Part shown: one piece after another, positions 50,758 to 64,000 of the stretch | Numbering within the stretch: the first letter of the stretch is position 1 | How the letters are laid out: the number at the start of each line of letters is the position of its first letter | DNA from: Phoronis australis | Lineage: Eukaryota > Animalia > Phoronida | DNA length: 64,000 bases | Reading direction: 5' to 3' | Assembly: GCA_002633005.1 (NCBI GenBank) | Contig: NMRA01000064.1 | Location: 690,360-754,359 of the forward strand | Notes under the pieces: model-generated | What the model saw: the letters and a program-made list of their open reading frames with translations, nothing else | What the model was told of the DNA's origin: nothing | Database searches by the model: none | Made by a program: the position numbers and the translations under genes

Positions 50758-53269
50758 GTAGGTAAGGTGTTACCATGTGCGTTGAAAGACTGGTAGTCGC
50801 ATTACAAAGGGTATCAGAGAGGTTGCACCGGAAGTACCCATTGGCGCCGTGAGCTTGCTGAGTTAGCTGGCGTTATAGCACTTCCGTTCTATTAAGAGTT
50901 AAATTGTCAGCATTCGCTTGGCCAGACGTTTCACTAGTTTCACTGGCACAGCAATGATAGCGAGTGCTATACAGGTGGATGAAATAACTACAGAAATTTT
51001 AACAAAGGCCTGAGGGTCACGGTCGTAATGTCGATCACATAAACATTGTGATGGTGGTGAATAACGAGCAACATCAGACGAGTTTAGATTTGAATGAACT
51101 TTTCACTGACAACACAAAAATAACTCATTGCAGAATAATGATTGTACCCTTGAGACGCTTAGGGAGACAGTCCACGTCCGAGCAGGGAAAGCCAAGCTCA
51201 TTGTTTTCAGTTGTATACAGTTCGTGCTCAAATCCGCCAGAAGCACGATGTTGGTGTATTGATCTACATCAGCGGTCGTTGTACACTTAGCGGACTCTCC
51301 AATAATTTGAATGGACCCTGCGTAAATTATTGCATATGCAACAAACTGTTTCTCTTATCAGTTAGACCGTACGCGTGCGCCATGTTAGTTTTGTGCGTAG
51401 ACTCTGAGACAAATCGTCATATTAAATTATTTGAGCACGCAACACATTCGCTTTCTGAGATATTTGTGATGATCTCAAATATTGACGAAACCAGCAGAAT
51501 CACATGTATATATATATTTGTGATATGGGTTAAATAAGCGTGTGACAGTAGACCCTTATGGATGAGAGCCTTGAGAGAGTTTGTGAGTTTCATAAATCAG
51601 CCTCTGACCGTAGACCGGTGAATCTCAATTCAATTACAAGATCGTTGTTTCTAAAACGCGTTCAATCACCTGTTCCATTGCCGTGGAAAATGGCAGGCTC
51701 CAAACCCGAGAACTGCTTATTTTTTCTTTCAAATATATTAAAGGGGGCCGAAGAGGTCACGACAGTGGGAGGGTGTACAAGGGTAAAGAAAGAGACGCAA
51801 TGTAAAATTTGTCGCTATCGATGGATTGTGGTGTATAACTGTAGACAGTCAGAGGCAATTGTGAAAATTTGAGGTGAGCGGGGAGACCGCTCTGCGGTGA
51901 AAACATGGTGACAACTGCACTGAGGGAGGTGTCTGAAAAAGTTTATTGTCTATGCAAAAGCTGTACTTTTTACTTTCCTTGGGCCTGCTTTATAATATTG
52001 CCTTCCCATGGACAAATTTTGGTATTTTGTGCTGAGTTGCGCAAGCCTTCACGAATTCTTGTCATGCCTAGTTTTGTGGTTATACAGTTTCTCAAGCCAG
52101 GTTTCGCAATAAGGTAGAGTGCAATAGCCGGGTAGCAATAACCTTCCCTATAAATATGCCTCTCTTTTATCCAATTACTGCAACCGGTTGTCTGTCGCAT
52201 GCTGAGCAATTGACCCAGCTCACAGAAAAGTGTTCGCAATAATTGGATTTTCTATATTCAGATGTACGTTCAGAGAAGTATACCTCAGTTTGTATCGACA
52301 TCACAAGTACTGCAAAACAAAAGCACTATAGAAGAAAAAAACTTTCATATACTTGTTTACCGCATTCCACGCTGGGCGAAACTGTGGCATGTGTGCGCGC
52401 ACACAGAGATGTGCCGGTATTTAAAAGAACATCAGACTCGATTTTGGCCTATCAACATCTACTAAAAACGCCTTTCCATCCAGGTCTCGAAAACAAAACA
52501 ATGCTCTGTAACCTTCGACAACTTCAAAAGTTTGGAGAAAATTTTGAAAACTCCTTTTATAGTCTGCTAAACGAGCAAACGTGACCTCCGCTTTTAGCGA
52601 ATAACACGTTAACTGCCGGAAAAGGCTACCCACCAAGGACTTTAATGACCAATATGTGACATAAGGAGTATGAATTTTTAGTTGATTCCTGCCTTTAACT
52701 TGGAAGATTGGCGCCAGTGATGCATTAGCACGGAAGTGACAGAACGAGGATTGGTTGAAATCATCAAAACAGGGTTTAGCACCCGGCGACAATGGAGCAG
52801 GATTAGTTGAAAAGAATTGCACGAATTTATCTTAAACAGCACTTCAACAGTTGCTTGGAGCCTTTTCGTACTTTTCTTACGTGAATGCTTTTTTGTTTTT
52901 ATTTACGCAAAATGTGCAAGACCAGAGAAAACCTCTATTGTTCTTTGGAAGATCGGCAATTTGAAGGAGTGTCCATTGAAATTGAAACAAATGACACTGG
53001 CGTGTCTTCAACTTACTTTATGTTCATGTATTTTTTGTACGCTTGTGCGTATGTATGTGCATACACGCATTTGCGTACGTGCCTGTTTAAGTATGCATGG
53101 ATGAACATGTGTATGTTTGTATGTGTGAACGTATGGAAGTATTTATGTATGCTAAACAAATTATTCTCTTTTCCGAAATATTGTCCGTAAGTTGACTGTT
53201 TCTTTGTTTCGGCATTTACTGCTCTCAACCTATGAACTTGATTAGCAGCGTCCATACTGCATTGGGAAA

Positions 53270-53770
53270 CACAACTTTATTTCATTACTACTCTTGCCTA
53301 TATAAAATTCATGTATTTCAACATTTAAGGCCTTGGCCCACATGTTACATAAAATTTACAGGATAACGCTGAGCAGCTTTTCCCTGAGAGCAGTGGCGTG
53401 AAATACAAATTCCATTAGATTAATCTGAGCAATGGGCTCCGACATTTTCATAAGTTTTACAAATTTATGTTTATTTGGTTCACGCCAGCACCACTCAGGT
53501 ATAAATGCAGTTCTCAGAGAGCAGTACATTTTACAAACACATATAAAATGGTGTTCATCTTCAATTGGGGACACACAGAAACAACACACACGGTATTTTT
53601 GGTCCACGAGAGTATGTCTACCTTTCTCTATCATCAAGTTGTGGTTGGAGCAACGTAATTTAGCCACAACTGCTAAAAAGGTATATGGAATATCACGCAA
53701 CAGATAGGATTCCATTTCAAAATCAATTTTAAATGAGAAATATGTATTAAGTTTTGAGCTATTCTCCACA
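53270..53770 (-). mobile_element. 3' fragment of non-LTR retrotransposon (CR1/Crack-like ORF2 C-terminus)
   Basis: KLNTYFSFK..E.YL, KLRCSNHNLMIEKGRH, RVCCFC...EDEHHFICVC..Y..LR; AATAAA at the 3' end. Confidence 0.8.
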
Positions 53771-54816
53771 GCAAAGCTCCAGTCTTGCCTATATATGTAA
53801 CAAGTAAAGGCCTTCCATTTAACACCACGAGAATGTAAGCAGCCTCGTTTGACCAGAGATGCTCGCGCGACCTACATTTCAAGTCGAAACCTATCATTGC
53901 CGCTTGTTGCAGACAGTTAGCTTACTGTATTTAGCTCATTGTTACAACTATGCGCCCATTAACTGACTTACGGTTTAGGCTCCCCTGAAAGTTTTGGTTC
54001 GAACGAAAAAAAATGAATTTGTGCAAACTGAGCACATCAACGAGTTGACGGATTCAAGGAAAATTGCCTGCAATAAAAACCATTCTTGGACGATCCGTAC
54101 TCCCACACTTTCATTACTGGAATTAATTCTGTACCAACCGAAGCGGGGAAACGTATCCCACGGACATTTAAAATCCATTACTACATGCTGCAAGAATGAT
54201 TTCAATTATCGCGATTCTAATCACTGTTTTCGTAAACATGATATCTCGCTCGTGACGGATGACGAGACAAGCACTCTCCGATTTAATTTTGACTTGACAA
54301 TAATCGTTCCTACGCTCTTTTGTCCGGCTCTTAAATGGCTTCAAATACCGAGTTATTTTGTGTCAAGTTTGCTATTTAGGGCTCAATTATCCTGCGATAT
54401 CATGCTATCGCCATCTAGTTATCATTCTTAAACAATGCTTTTGACGTCACACACCAATCAAAGTTATCTGGAGGGAATATAAAAAATTCATGCAAGCTGT
54501 CCGCCTCTTTGTCTGCCAAACTGCTTGAAAGATCATTATAAAACTTATTAGATGTGTCCCTTATGAGAAGACCATGACTGACTTTGAGTGTTGGACGGGT
54601 CTGACTACTGTGACGCACCCTGGTGGTGATTTTGTCTTTCCGCTTCCGTGACTGTAGCTCGTTAATCCTTTGCAGGATCTTCTTAATTTTTTGCATTTTT
54701 CCTATAAATGTGACAACAGCAGCCCACGAATTTTAGAGTGCTCTTTCTAATGCTGTTCCTCTTAGTGACAGTTTTAGTTTTCGTGTTTGCTTCTGTATAT
54801 CAATAGTTCTTCGAGA

Positions 54817-56085
54817 TTTTTTATGCGCCCACATATTTATGAGTGGGTGCATATTGTCGTCAACTCTGTCTGAGCGTCTGGCGTCCGTCGTGTGGCGTCC
54901 GGCGTCGCTGCTGTATCTTCTAAACCATTTCAAGGTCTTCTTGAAATTTGACAGGTGGCTTTCTATGAAGCTGACGAGAGATGACGACGAGTTTCGGCAA
55001 TTTTTAATTTTTTACATTTGCTTCTGTATCCGTCGGAGATCCTTAATGGATTTTCATGAAATGCAGAGAATAATTTTTTAGAAGGCGACAATGCCGTTCC
55101 ATTTTCGGACGGGATGGAATATTTTACGCCACCTTGTGACCATTTTTATCCGCCTTTTTATCGTCCAAACTACTCAAATGATGATTATGAAAAATGACGA
55201 TTGTGTTCCTGACGAGAAAGTCACGACTGATGTTGATTTTCGGACATGTACGACTATTGCGTCGCCCCCTAGTGGCGATTTTATTTTTTACGTCTGCGCC
55301 AAATATCCATAAATAATCCTTTGAAGGAGCTTTGTGAAATTTTCCAGTGGTGTTCCTAAGCAGCCGACGACCAATGGTAACGAGAGTCGAACTGATCTGA
55401 ATACCACTGTTCCCCATTGTGGCAACATGTTTTTTACGTTTACCTAAGTGTCCGATCGGAGTTCATTAATGTATTTTCATGAAATTCAGCAAATAGGTTT
55501 CTATTGAGAAAACCACAACGCCTAATCCCATTTGCGGACAGATTTGACGTTTTCTGCGCCACCTGGTGGCCATTTAGATTTTTTTGCGCCTACGTTTGCA
55601 AAAATTTGGAGGATGTTCTCCTATGGAGAGAAGAACTGATGACGACGAGTTTCTGACCAATCGAACGATAGCTGTGTCAGTTTCAGTTTTGCGTTTGCCT
55701 CTGTTTCTTTTGGAGCTCCTTGGCTTATTTTCATGAAACTTGGAAATATTTGTTTTGCGTTAGAGTGACGTCGCTAACTTCCCAATTCTGACAGGTTTGC
55801 TGTTCTGTACCACCTAATGGCGATCTTTATGATACAAAGAACACAGATAGAAGCACACCGTTTGCGGAGCTGTCGTGGGCGTATTTCAACGCTCCGCGTT
55901 GTTCTTGTTCATAAGATTTGGTAAACAAGTTTCTATTTGGAAGACGACACCACCTTTCCATGTTGGGAGGGATTCGACGTGTTCTGTGCCACCTAGTGGC
56001 CATTTTTATAATTTTCGAGTTGTCCACCTGGGTCTGCTTTGTATACGCCAAACATTGGCTTTCATCTCAGCCCAGTTGCTTTGCG
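54817..56085 (+). mobile_element. Non-autonomous Helentron/DINE-like element
   Basis: Starts tttttatgcgcccac...gtgggtgcata (short hairpin), then a gtcc/gtct microsatellite-like stretch, then degenerate tandem units; this is the DINE-1/HINE layout. Confidence 0.55.
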
Positions 56086-56109
56086 ATGTATTGTACGACA
56101 AGTATAACA

Positions 56110-56730
56110 TGACACCGCCCAGTACCACAAAACATCACTCATCACAATGCATCACCACCCTGTACCGCATAGCACTACGCAGCATAACACAGCATACCGC
56201 CACACAGCACCAAACATCGTCCCACTTCACCACACATTACCAAACTTTAGTGCATAACTCCACACATCCCCACACACCACCACACATCCACAAACAGCAC
56301 CACACATCACTGCACCTCACTACAAATCACCACACATGACCCCACATCACCACACACCACCCCGCATCCACACACAGCACCACACATCACCGTACATCAC
56401 CNNNNNNNNNNNNNNNNNNNNNNNNNNNNNNNNNNNNNNNNNNNNNNNNNNNNNNNNNNNNNNNNNNNNNNNGCACATCACCGCACACCACCGCACATCA
56501 GAACACATCACCACACACCTTCACACAGCACCACAAATCACCGCACAACACCGCACCTCACTGCGCGTCACCACTCATTACCATACATCACCGCACCTCA
56601 CTGCATATCACCACACATCACCCTACACCACCACGCATCACCCTACACCACTGCACATCAACCTACACCACCACATACCACCCCGCATCACCCCACATCG
56701 GTGCACAGCACCGCACAACACCACACAGCG
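56110..56730. repeat. CAC-rich degenerate tandem repeat (~10-bp unit caccacacat) with internal gap
   Basis: Direct reading. Confidence 0.9.
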
Positions 56731-59700
56731 TTACGCAACTACTTGACTCAAATAGAAACGAAAAGTCTAATATTTCCTGCGGCTACCATTTACAGTTAAG
56801 AATATTGGTTTTCGTTTACACAGTTCATTGCATTGTTTATGCAACTAAAAGTACAATTGTATGTGTTACCAAAACGATGACGTCCCAAGCCAATTCGTTC
56901 TTTCAATCATCCACATAGTTCTAATTGTTCAATTGCGGTGAAGCAGAATCGGGTGATGCCAGTCAATCGATAACGCCCATTATACAACGCCGATCATTCC
57001 CCCGTGCCCTTGAGAATTGTTTTAATAATCAGGTATACCGAAAAAATAAACGTTCCGAGATTCAAGGAGCTGTGATTTCATCAGTTTCGTTTGCATAACA
57101 CAGACAAGGATCTCAACGGTAGTTTGTACACTAAATTAAGCTGGTTAGAAATGAAATAGCACGCAAAAGGATGCACTGAATCATTCAGTACAGACAGTTA
57201 TAATAAAAGACCTTTGAAGTCTTTTAATTGGTCAAATTGGTATCTGTCAAGTTCTTTGAACATCAGTTTAGCTTTACAACTGCATCAGTTTGATAATAAC
57301 AGGCTTCACTTAGGTCCCACAACGTCAATTCAAACTGGACGCTTGTGGCAACTTGATGAGGCGGGCTCAGCACGGCCTGGGCACCTAAATCACAAACGTT
57401 TTCCCCCTAAGACTGCATGCCTTATCAATTCCTAGCTTTCATCCCTTCTGCATAGAACCTTTCAGTATGTCCTTTAAAACGTTTTCTGGGAGCATATTCC
57501 AGATATGCAATTACGATCAGGAGATTTTGGTGGCTAATTTACTGTTTAAATGAAATACCTTTTTAATGAAACCACTGTCTGTCTGCTTCCCATCCCGCCC
57601 CTGCCGAAAGCATGACTGTTATTTGTACATCTGTGCGAGAAGTTGGAAACAAGGAATTGAATTTTCGAATGATGTGTACATTTTCTATATCAGCTGTCGC
57701 TACAATATTTATTTTATTCAACATTTTTCAATTTAATGCCTCATCATTCACCTTATATAAAATTCAAAACAATTGCGTAGTTTCTGGTACCAATGTTGAA
57801 TTTAATTACGATAAATACCTGGTGAAACGAACCCTACAGAAAAATAAGCTATTTATTTTCCCACAACAGCAAAAATTCATTTAGTGCACAAAAATCTGTT
57901 TCGCCATTTTAGAGGTCTCTGTTCACTTTACATGCCTGGGCCATGTAGTACGTGTACTAGCGTGTACTATTTTACTCAAGCTCTGTAAACGCCCCTATAA
58001 AGTAATTTTATTTCCTCAGTTTTGTCGCTAGACCGCGCAGCCTCGTGAATGCGACACGCACGTTATCGTGGTGATTTACTGCTCTGGCAGCAACTAAGAA
58101 GTGTGACTGTCTGCACAACAGGAAATGCCAAACAAAATGTAGTTGAAGTCGACGACATTTCGTGAGTGTGCTCAAAATAGTTCGGCCTAGAACCGTTTTA
58201 CATAGTTGGTAATAAGAGAAACAGTAGAAATGAAGCACATTTCAAAAGCATAAATGGTTCCTGACATTGCTTTGACTTCTGATATTACAAGATAATATCT
58301 AGTCGGTAAACCAACCCTGAGTATTGGCTAGGTAATGTGTAGTGGGTAAACCAACCCTTAAACAAGGTTGGAAGTTTGCACAGCCAGTGAAAGTGTAGAA
58401 TTAAGTCAAAGACATCACATCAAATATCAACCTACACGCGTCGAAACTGCGATCGCGTGTACAAATATATCTGCAGAAATAATACGTCAAATATAACTGC
58501 TCGCAAATCAACCTCATCAAAAGAACTTATTCGCTCGAAAATTCGACCTTGTGGTTTTCGCTTGTAACTCCGCCATTTTCATTTTTAACCTAGCGGTGTG
58601 CTCGTGAACTAAAGCATTCACTTCGCTCATTGGTTGACATTCGGGGTCACTTAATGGCGTCTTTAGGTCAGAAACTGAGAATAGAAGATGGCAGACGATT
58701 TGATTCGTTGATGTTGGAGAAAGGTAAAACGAGGTGAAATGTAACTGCTAAGACCGTGGGCGATTTTCTAAACTTGTCAAGGGAATGAGATTTGGTTAGT
58801 ACTAATGCACCGAACAAGAATTTTCCTCCCATTCTTTTGGTTTATATCCATTTCACCAAGCGGTGAAAAGCCCTCCGTGGGCTTTCAGCTCTGTTTAAAA
58901 GTTTTTGTATCGGGTAGATAATGTCCTGCTTTTTGTCTGAAACTGTCGTTTGTGGCAACATGTGGAGGTAACGGTAGAGAGATTACGAAGTACATGAGCG
59001 ACTCTTTAAACATGACTGCCGACCTAGTTATTGCTAGATCGAGGTAATATATGCGCCTACGTGTATGTCAAGGGCAAAATGTGTGCTTAAATCTAATGCT
59101 CGTGTACAAAACCTAAGAATCCCCGCATGTACCTTAAAAAGAGGCCAATGTGCTCATGGTCGTCAAAGGTCTTGAATAAAAGCGATTTTGTTAAGAGTTT
59201 ATATGAAAATCTACTGATGGGGAAATTATAGTGATTATAACACGTTAAGAAATCCCGAAGTAAGTAAACCCGACGCGCAAGGAACTTGTAAGTCTGATCA
59301 AGTGCTTCGCTTAATGCATGGCTATATCTCGCGAAGACTTACTTGATCTCACCTTTCTTGCACGAAACATGCTCAACGGAACGCAGCCCTGACGTGAGCG
59401 TACCTGTACGTCTCTTGTGACGTTTGCGCTTTCGGCGCAACAAGCACAACACGCTGTAAATTCGTGATCCTGAAAAGTCTCACGACTCTGAGTGTCCATG
59501 TGAGTTCAGCTGAGGATATATTTTTAGCTAATGTTTCTGTGCTAATTTCTTTATTACAAAAACACGAAGGTGGCATAAAATGTACCCAAACATACGTGTA
59601 GTGGGTTGATTTGAAGCCACTGGTATGATCAATGTGAACCTGGCTCTCACGATAACGCATAACGCTTTCGCAATTTGCGGAGGCTGCAAATAATAATCAA

Positions 59701-61788
59701 TATTTAATTGTATTAAATCTGCTTTAGTTTTATGTGTACACAGCTAGTTCCCAATCTAGTCTAACACCAGTGTGCACATTACTAATTGCAAAACAGCCCT
59801 GGAGACATTTGGCTACTAATCAGTGAAGTGTTCCTGCTACTGCATGTACACTCGACTACATATCGTTTTCTGCCGCCCAAATGACATCATAATTAACCCG
59901 ACTTAATTTATACAAATGGAAGCGTCATTTACACTATCCAATTTGTACAAATGGTTAATAAAAAATTATAGCATTGGCCTGTACATTTTATACTACGCGC
60001 ATTAGTAATAATTTTGCTCATGAGAGAAGGGTTAACGAACGGACATTCGTTATTATTGAACGCCTACCATTCTTCCCACATTCAATGACTAACGTTTAAT
60101 CTGGCCCGGATTTTCGAAGTGAGAAGGACACATCGTGTTACAGGTACACATAGTTATGTCCACTGGACGTATGCGCTGACAGAACTACACAATATTAGTC
60201 GGAATGCAATCCATCATATTCCCATGCATGACCTAAATAGTTGCTAAATTAGACATGGTATCATAATGTTGGTGTTTTTAATATATAGATTTAGACATAA
60301 AATAAAACGCCAGCATGCACTGTTACAGCCGGTCAAGTATGATATTATAAACAGAGGCGTAACCTGACCATGGATGCTCAATGCATCAATTGACTCACAT
60401 ACCTGCACTTAGGGGGGTGAAAAGACATTTCTTTATAATAAGGCAAATTTTTGTACTTGGAAGGAACCACTGAAGCAATTTCACGGATCACTAAGTTTTG
60501 ACTTGACAATCTTGACGTGCGCATGTATCTTGCACCACTATTTCCGGTATGTAAGGCTCCTTGTCACGATTGTTTGACCCAGGTTTGACCTTTGTAACAT
60601 GCTATTTCGAAGAAAAGGTAGACAACATCTGTTATGCAACCATGTATTGCCATCATTATTAAAAGTTCCTTTATTACATTCGTGGTTTCATTGTCTCCAA
60701 AACAAAAAGATTTTCACTTCAACTATTTTGAGGCCACAGTCGATAGGCCGATGCAGAAAGGCGATTGCAGATAATCGTCTACCAATTGGCCACTCTGCTT
60801 AGTACGTCATATAACAGCTAATTGTCATTTTGTCAGACAGTGTTCCAATCAAACACTTTAAAAGGTTCGCATCGTCTGTGTTTACTAAAACTGTTATTCA
60901 CGGGAACTCCAAGGAGAGTTCAATTAGAAAATGAGCAATTACTGCATTACTCCGGCAATTCCAATTTTGATTGCGCCAGCAACCAGCTGCCTCTTTAAAT
61001 TGTAATTTTCTTTATGGACCAATACGTCAGAATTCAGAAGTGTAGATGTATAGATAAAACATGTTGCACCTAAATTCTGTACTTAATAATAAGTGCACCA
61101 ATACGGTTAGGTAGGACGTTGTCTGTGAATTAAGCCAACTATTTATAAAACAATAGTAACCAAATCAATAAAAGTATATATTTTCTGAAAGCGGAAAACC
61201 TGCAGACTGATTTTTAACTTTAACCAAGCAATCTTTATTTAGGTCACTTGACCTTGTATTTTTAATAAAATTTAGAAAAAGGACAGGTACATTCATTCCA
61301 AAACAAAAGTATCAATAACATGGCCAAATTTCAATTGATATGAATTTCTAAAAAAATGTTGTTACAATTTTCTAAAATATCATTGCGTTCTAAGACATAT
61401 CATTTCGGGTTCGTTTTATACAACTTAAGATTTGCCATGAAAATCATAAAGGTCCTATTTTAATAGCGAAAGCAGATTTAAAAGCAATCCCAGCAGTGTA
61501 TCGGAGAACAATGCGTGGTGAACAGTATCTGGAAATTTCTTGTGAATCCCATCAGCCGCTTTTAAGATGTGATATTCCGAGGTTAATTTACGTTGGATAT
61601 TTTTCTAGAGTCCTTCATAGCATTAAGCAGACGACGAAGACTAGGACGCGCCTTTTCTGGATCTTTAGTTAAAGCTGCCCTACTTCCCTAAAAACTTTTG
61701 ATTAAAATCATGTGCCGTTACAAAACGAGCATTTCTTTACCCAGAAATGATGTGATTTCGTTCGTGGGCTCAGGAATAACTGATAGAT

Positions 61789-62182
61789 CGCATAGTCTGA
61801 TTTAAGGGATCACAGGGAGCCTATCCCCCTGCGCATAGGCTGATTTAGGGGGATCACAGGGGGCCCATACCCCTGCGCATAGGCTGATTTAGGGGGATCA
61901 CAGGGGGCCTATCCCCCTGCGCATAGGCTGTTTTAGGGGGATCACAGGGGCCTATACCCCTGCGCATAGGCTGATTTAGGGGATCACAGGGGGCCTATTC
62001 CCCTGCGCATAGGCTGATTTAGGGGATCACAGGGGGCCTATATCCCTGCGCATAGGCTGATTTAGGAGATCACAGGGTCCTATTCCCCTGCGCATAGGCT
62101 GATTTAGGGGGATCACAGAGGGCCTATCCCTCTGCGAATAGGCTGATTTAGGGGATAACAGGGGGTTCATCCCCCTGCGAAT
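61789..62182. repeat. ~40-bp minisatellite (gcgcataggctgatttagggggatcacagggggcctatcccct)
   Basis: About 9-10 tandem copies. Confidence 0.95.
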
Positions 62183-64000
62183 ACCTCCAAGAACGCTGAT
62201 AGCTTGCCGTTTTAGGGCTTTTGCGGACATTTCATTCGAAAATTTCGGTTGAAATCCCTAGATGCGCCAGTGGCTCATTACTGCTGGAAGCCAGGCTCAT
62301 CACGTTGGCTTGTCACAACGAGTCATTTTAGGAGCCGAACGTGATGTCAAGCGATAACGAATCCGGCTTCTTCTATGACTTAGGAGGATTAAATTCAGAC
62401 AATGTTCAGCGGCAAGTAAAAGCTAATTCCTGTTCATAAAAAAAACCCGAATCCCTCTCTCTGTGAGTACTGCTCCTTCTTTTGAAACGAATGACTAGAT
62501 GAGCATATAACTCTGTTTGCTGCTATTCTTTTTGCAAATATGTCGCTGTCAATCAAGGTTAAGTACCCAGTTATCAACCGGAAAATAAGTCTATCTCGAT
62601 CTACCTAGTTAGATAAAGTTACTAATTACTTAAAATGCCAATGTCTGCTCCGGATACCAGTTTACTCACTGATGAATTCGAACTCATACCTTTTGTTTGT
62701 ATTTTTCATCAGTACTTTACATGATCAATCTCCTTCTAAGTAATTTAGTTTAGAAAGGCTATGACCATTCAAGCGTGAGTGTTTCCTCGTAGTATCACGC
62801 TCACTGCCACTGACCCGAGGGTACACTGAAATGCCAGGGAATGGAAAAATACCACTGGTCTTCACTTTAATAAGTATTTCACCTTGTACGTTGCCATGAC
62901 CTTGTCCACCCTTACAGATGTCCATTTCTGTCGTTCCGTGACAGACGTGGGTAATTTACTTTGCTAGAAATACCTTTCTTACTGACGGTTCTGGTTTTCG
63001 CGAACGATGACTACAAAAATATAATTTCATGTATTTACTGGTTAAAAACGCTATCCGAAAGAAGAGTAACATTACTTGTACATGTTCATTGTGCGTGGCC
63101 ACGACAATATCCGTATTTGATTATATGTTCACTGGAGCCAAGATATGCTCCTACACTTAGCAGGGAACCGACGTCAATTGACACTGCGTAGCCTTAATTT
63201 GGTCGAAATGCATGAAAACACGGAATAATATGTGGACGTTCTTTAGTCCAACCAGTAATGTCTTGTAACGTTCGGTCACGGAAGTAACTTAATATTCATC
63301 CATAGCGTGCACCCCAGCATTGGGCGTTCTGTGATGAGCCACGACACATCCAATTTATTGAATTGAACAACAGGTATTTTATTATTCAAAAGCTCTACTT
63401 CTTGTCCGAGTAAGGCAAAATTGGAGTGTGATTATGTTGAGTAAAAGAGGCTATACAACTGCCTTCCAACAGTGAAAAACAATTTTTGATTTAGTCTAGT
63501 TACTGTAATGAAATTGATTTCAAATTGTTCCTTAGATCAAGTCAGACGTAGTTTCAGGGTTTAGAGAAACTGAAAATTGAATTGTCACGGCGAGTCATGT
63601 AGGGTCGAGCATGGTCTCAAGAAACCACTTGTGGTTTTAGGGACGAATTGAGGCCACTTTTACAGCGGCGAAAGCTCTAAATTAGAAAATTCGTTTCTTA
63701 GAAATCGCGTTTGTAGCCCACTAAGCCGCTTTAAGTGGTCGTATTAAAAAATTTCTGCTTTTGATTTCAAAAGCCATCGCATGCGAGTGCTTGGCGGCTC
63801 TAACTCTAAGAAGAGACTCGAAGAAAATCACCAAACATAATTCTGTTTCTCTTCATTCGTGCGTATGTGGAGCTCAGGCAAATGCTGTTTACCACTACCA
63901 CATCCTGGCTCTACTTAATATAAAATGGCCGCTGTCAGGAGCATAGCTTATCACAGTCTGCTCCACACGCTTTGATCAGCATAGCTCCATTTCTGAGACT

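Noticed and set aside
54415-54933. Lys/Arg-rich minus-strand ORFs
   Set aside because: No recognisable domain or splice support; partly overlaps a repeat element
55875-56746. His/Thr-rich ORFs
   Set aside because: Derived from the CAC-rich tandem repeat; no splice or domain support
62725-62925. Candidate minus-strand exon
   Set aside because: No recognisable protein signature and no partner exons

Overview
Eukaryotic (animal) genomic DNA. It is AT-rich, intron-rich and transposon-dense, with several N gaps. A marine invertebrate deuterostome is my guess from repeat and gene style only. The left half (about 1.06-32.0 kb, minus strand) holds one spliced gene, which I reconstructed by hand as 25 phase-compatible coding exons (about 1,170 aa). 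It encodes an STK31/TDRD8-like germline protein with an N-terminal RRM, an extended Tudor domain, a long helical region, a pseudokinase (HRD->HAA, DFG->DFN) and a Ser/Thr/Pro-rich tail. One intron uses a GC donor. One kinase exon appears twice around a 1-nt gap, probably because two haplotypes were left unmerged. The right half has the first coding exon of a claudin/PMP22-superfamily membrane protein (50.4 kb, plus strand). It also has decayed LINE and Gypsy fragments, many MITEs, Helentron-like elements carrying periodic CTCF-consensus motifs, and minisatellites/microsatellites. There are no prokaryotic-type features, and most short ORFs in the track are spurious. All family assignments come from motif recognition, not database searches.
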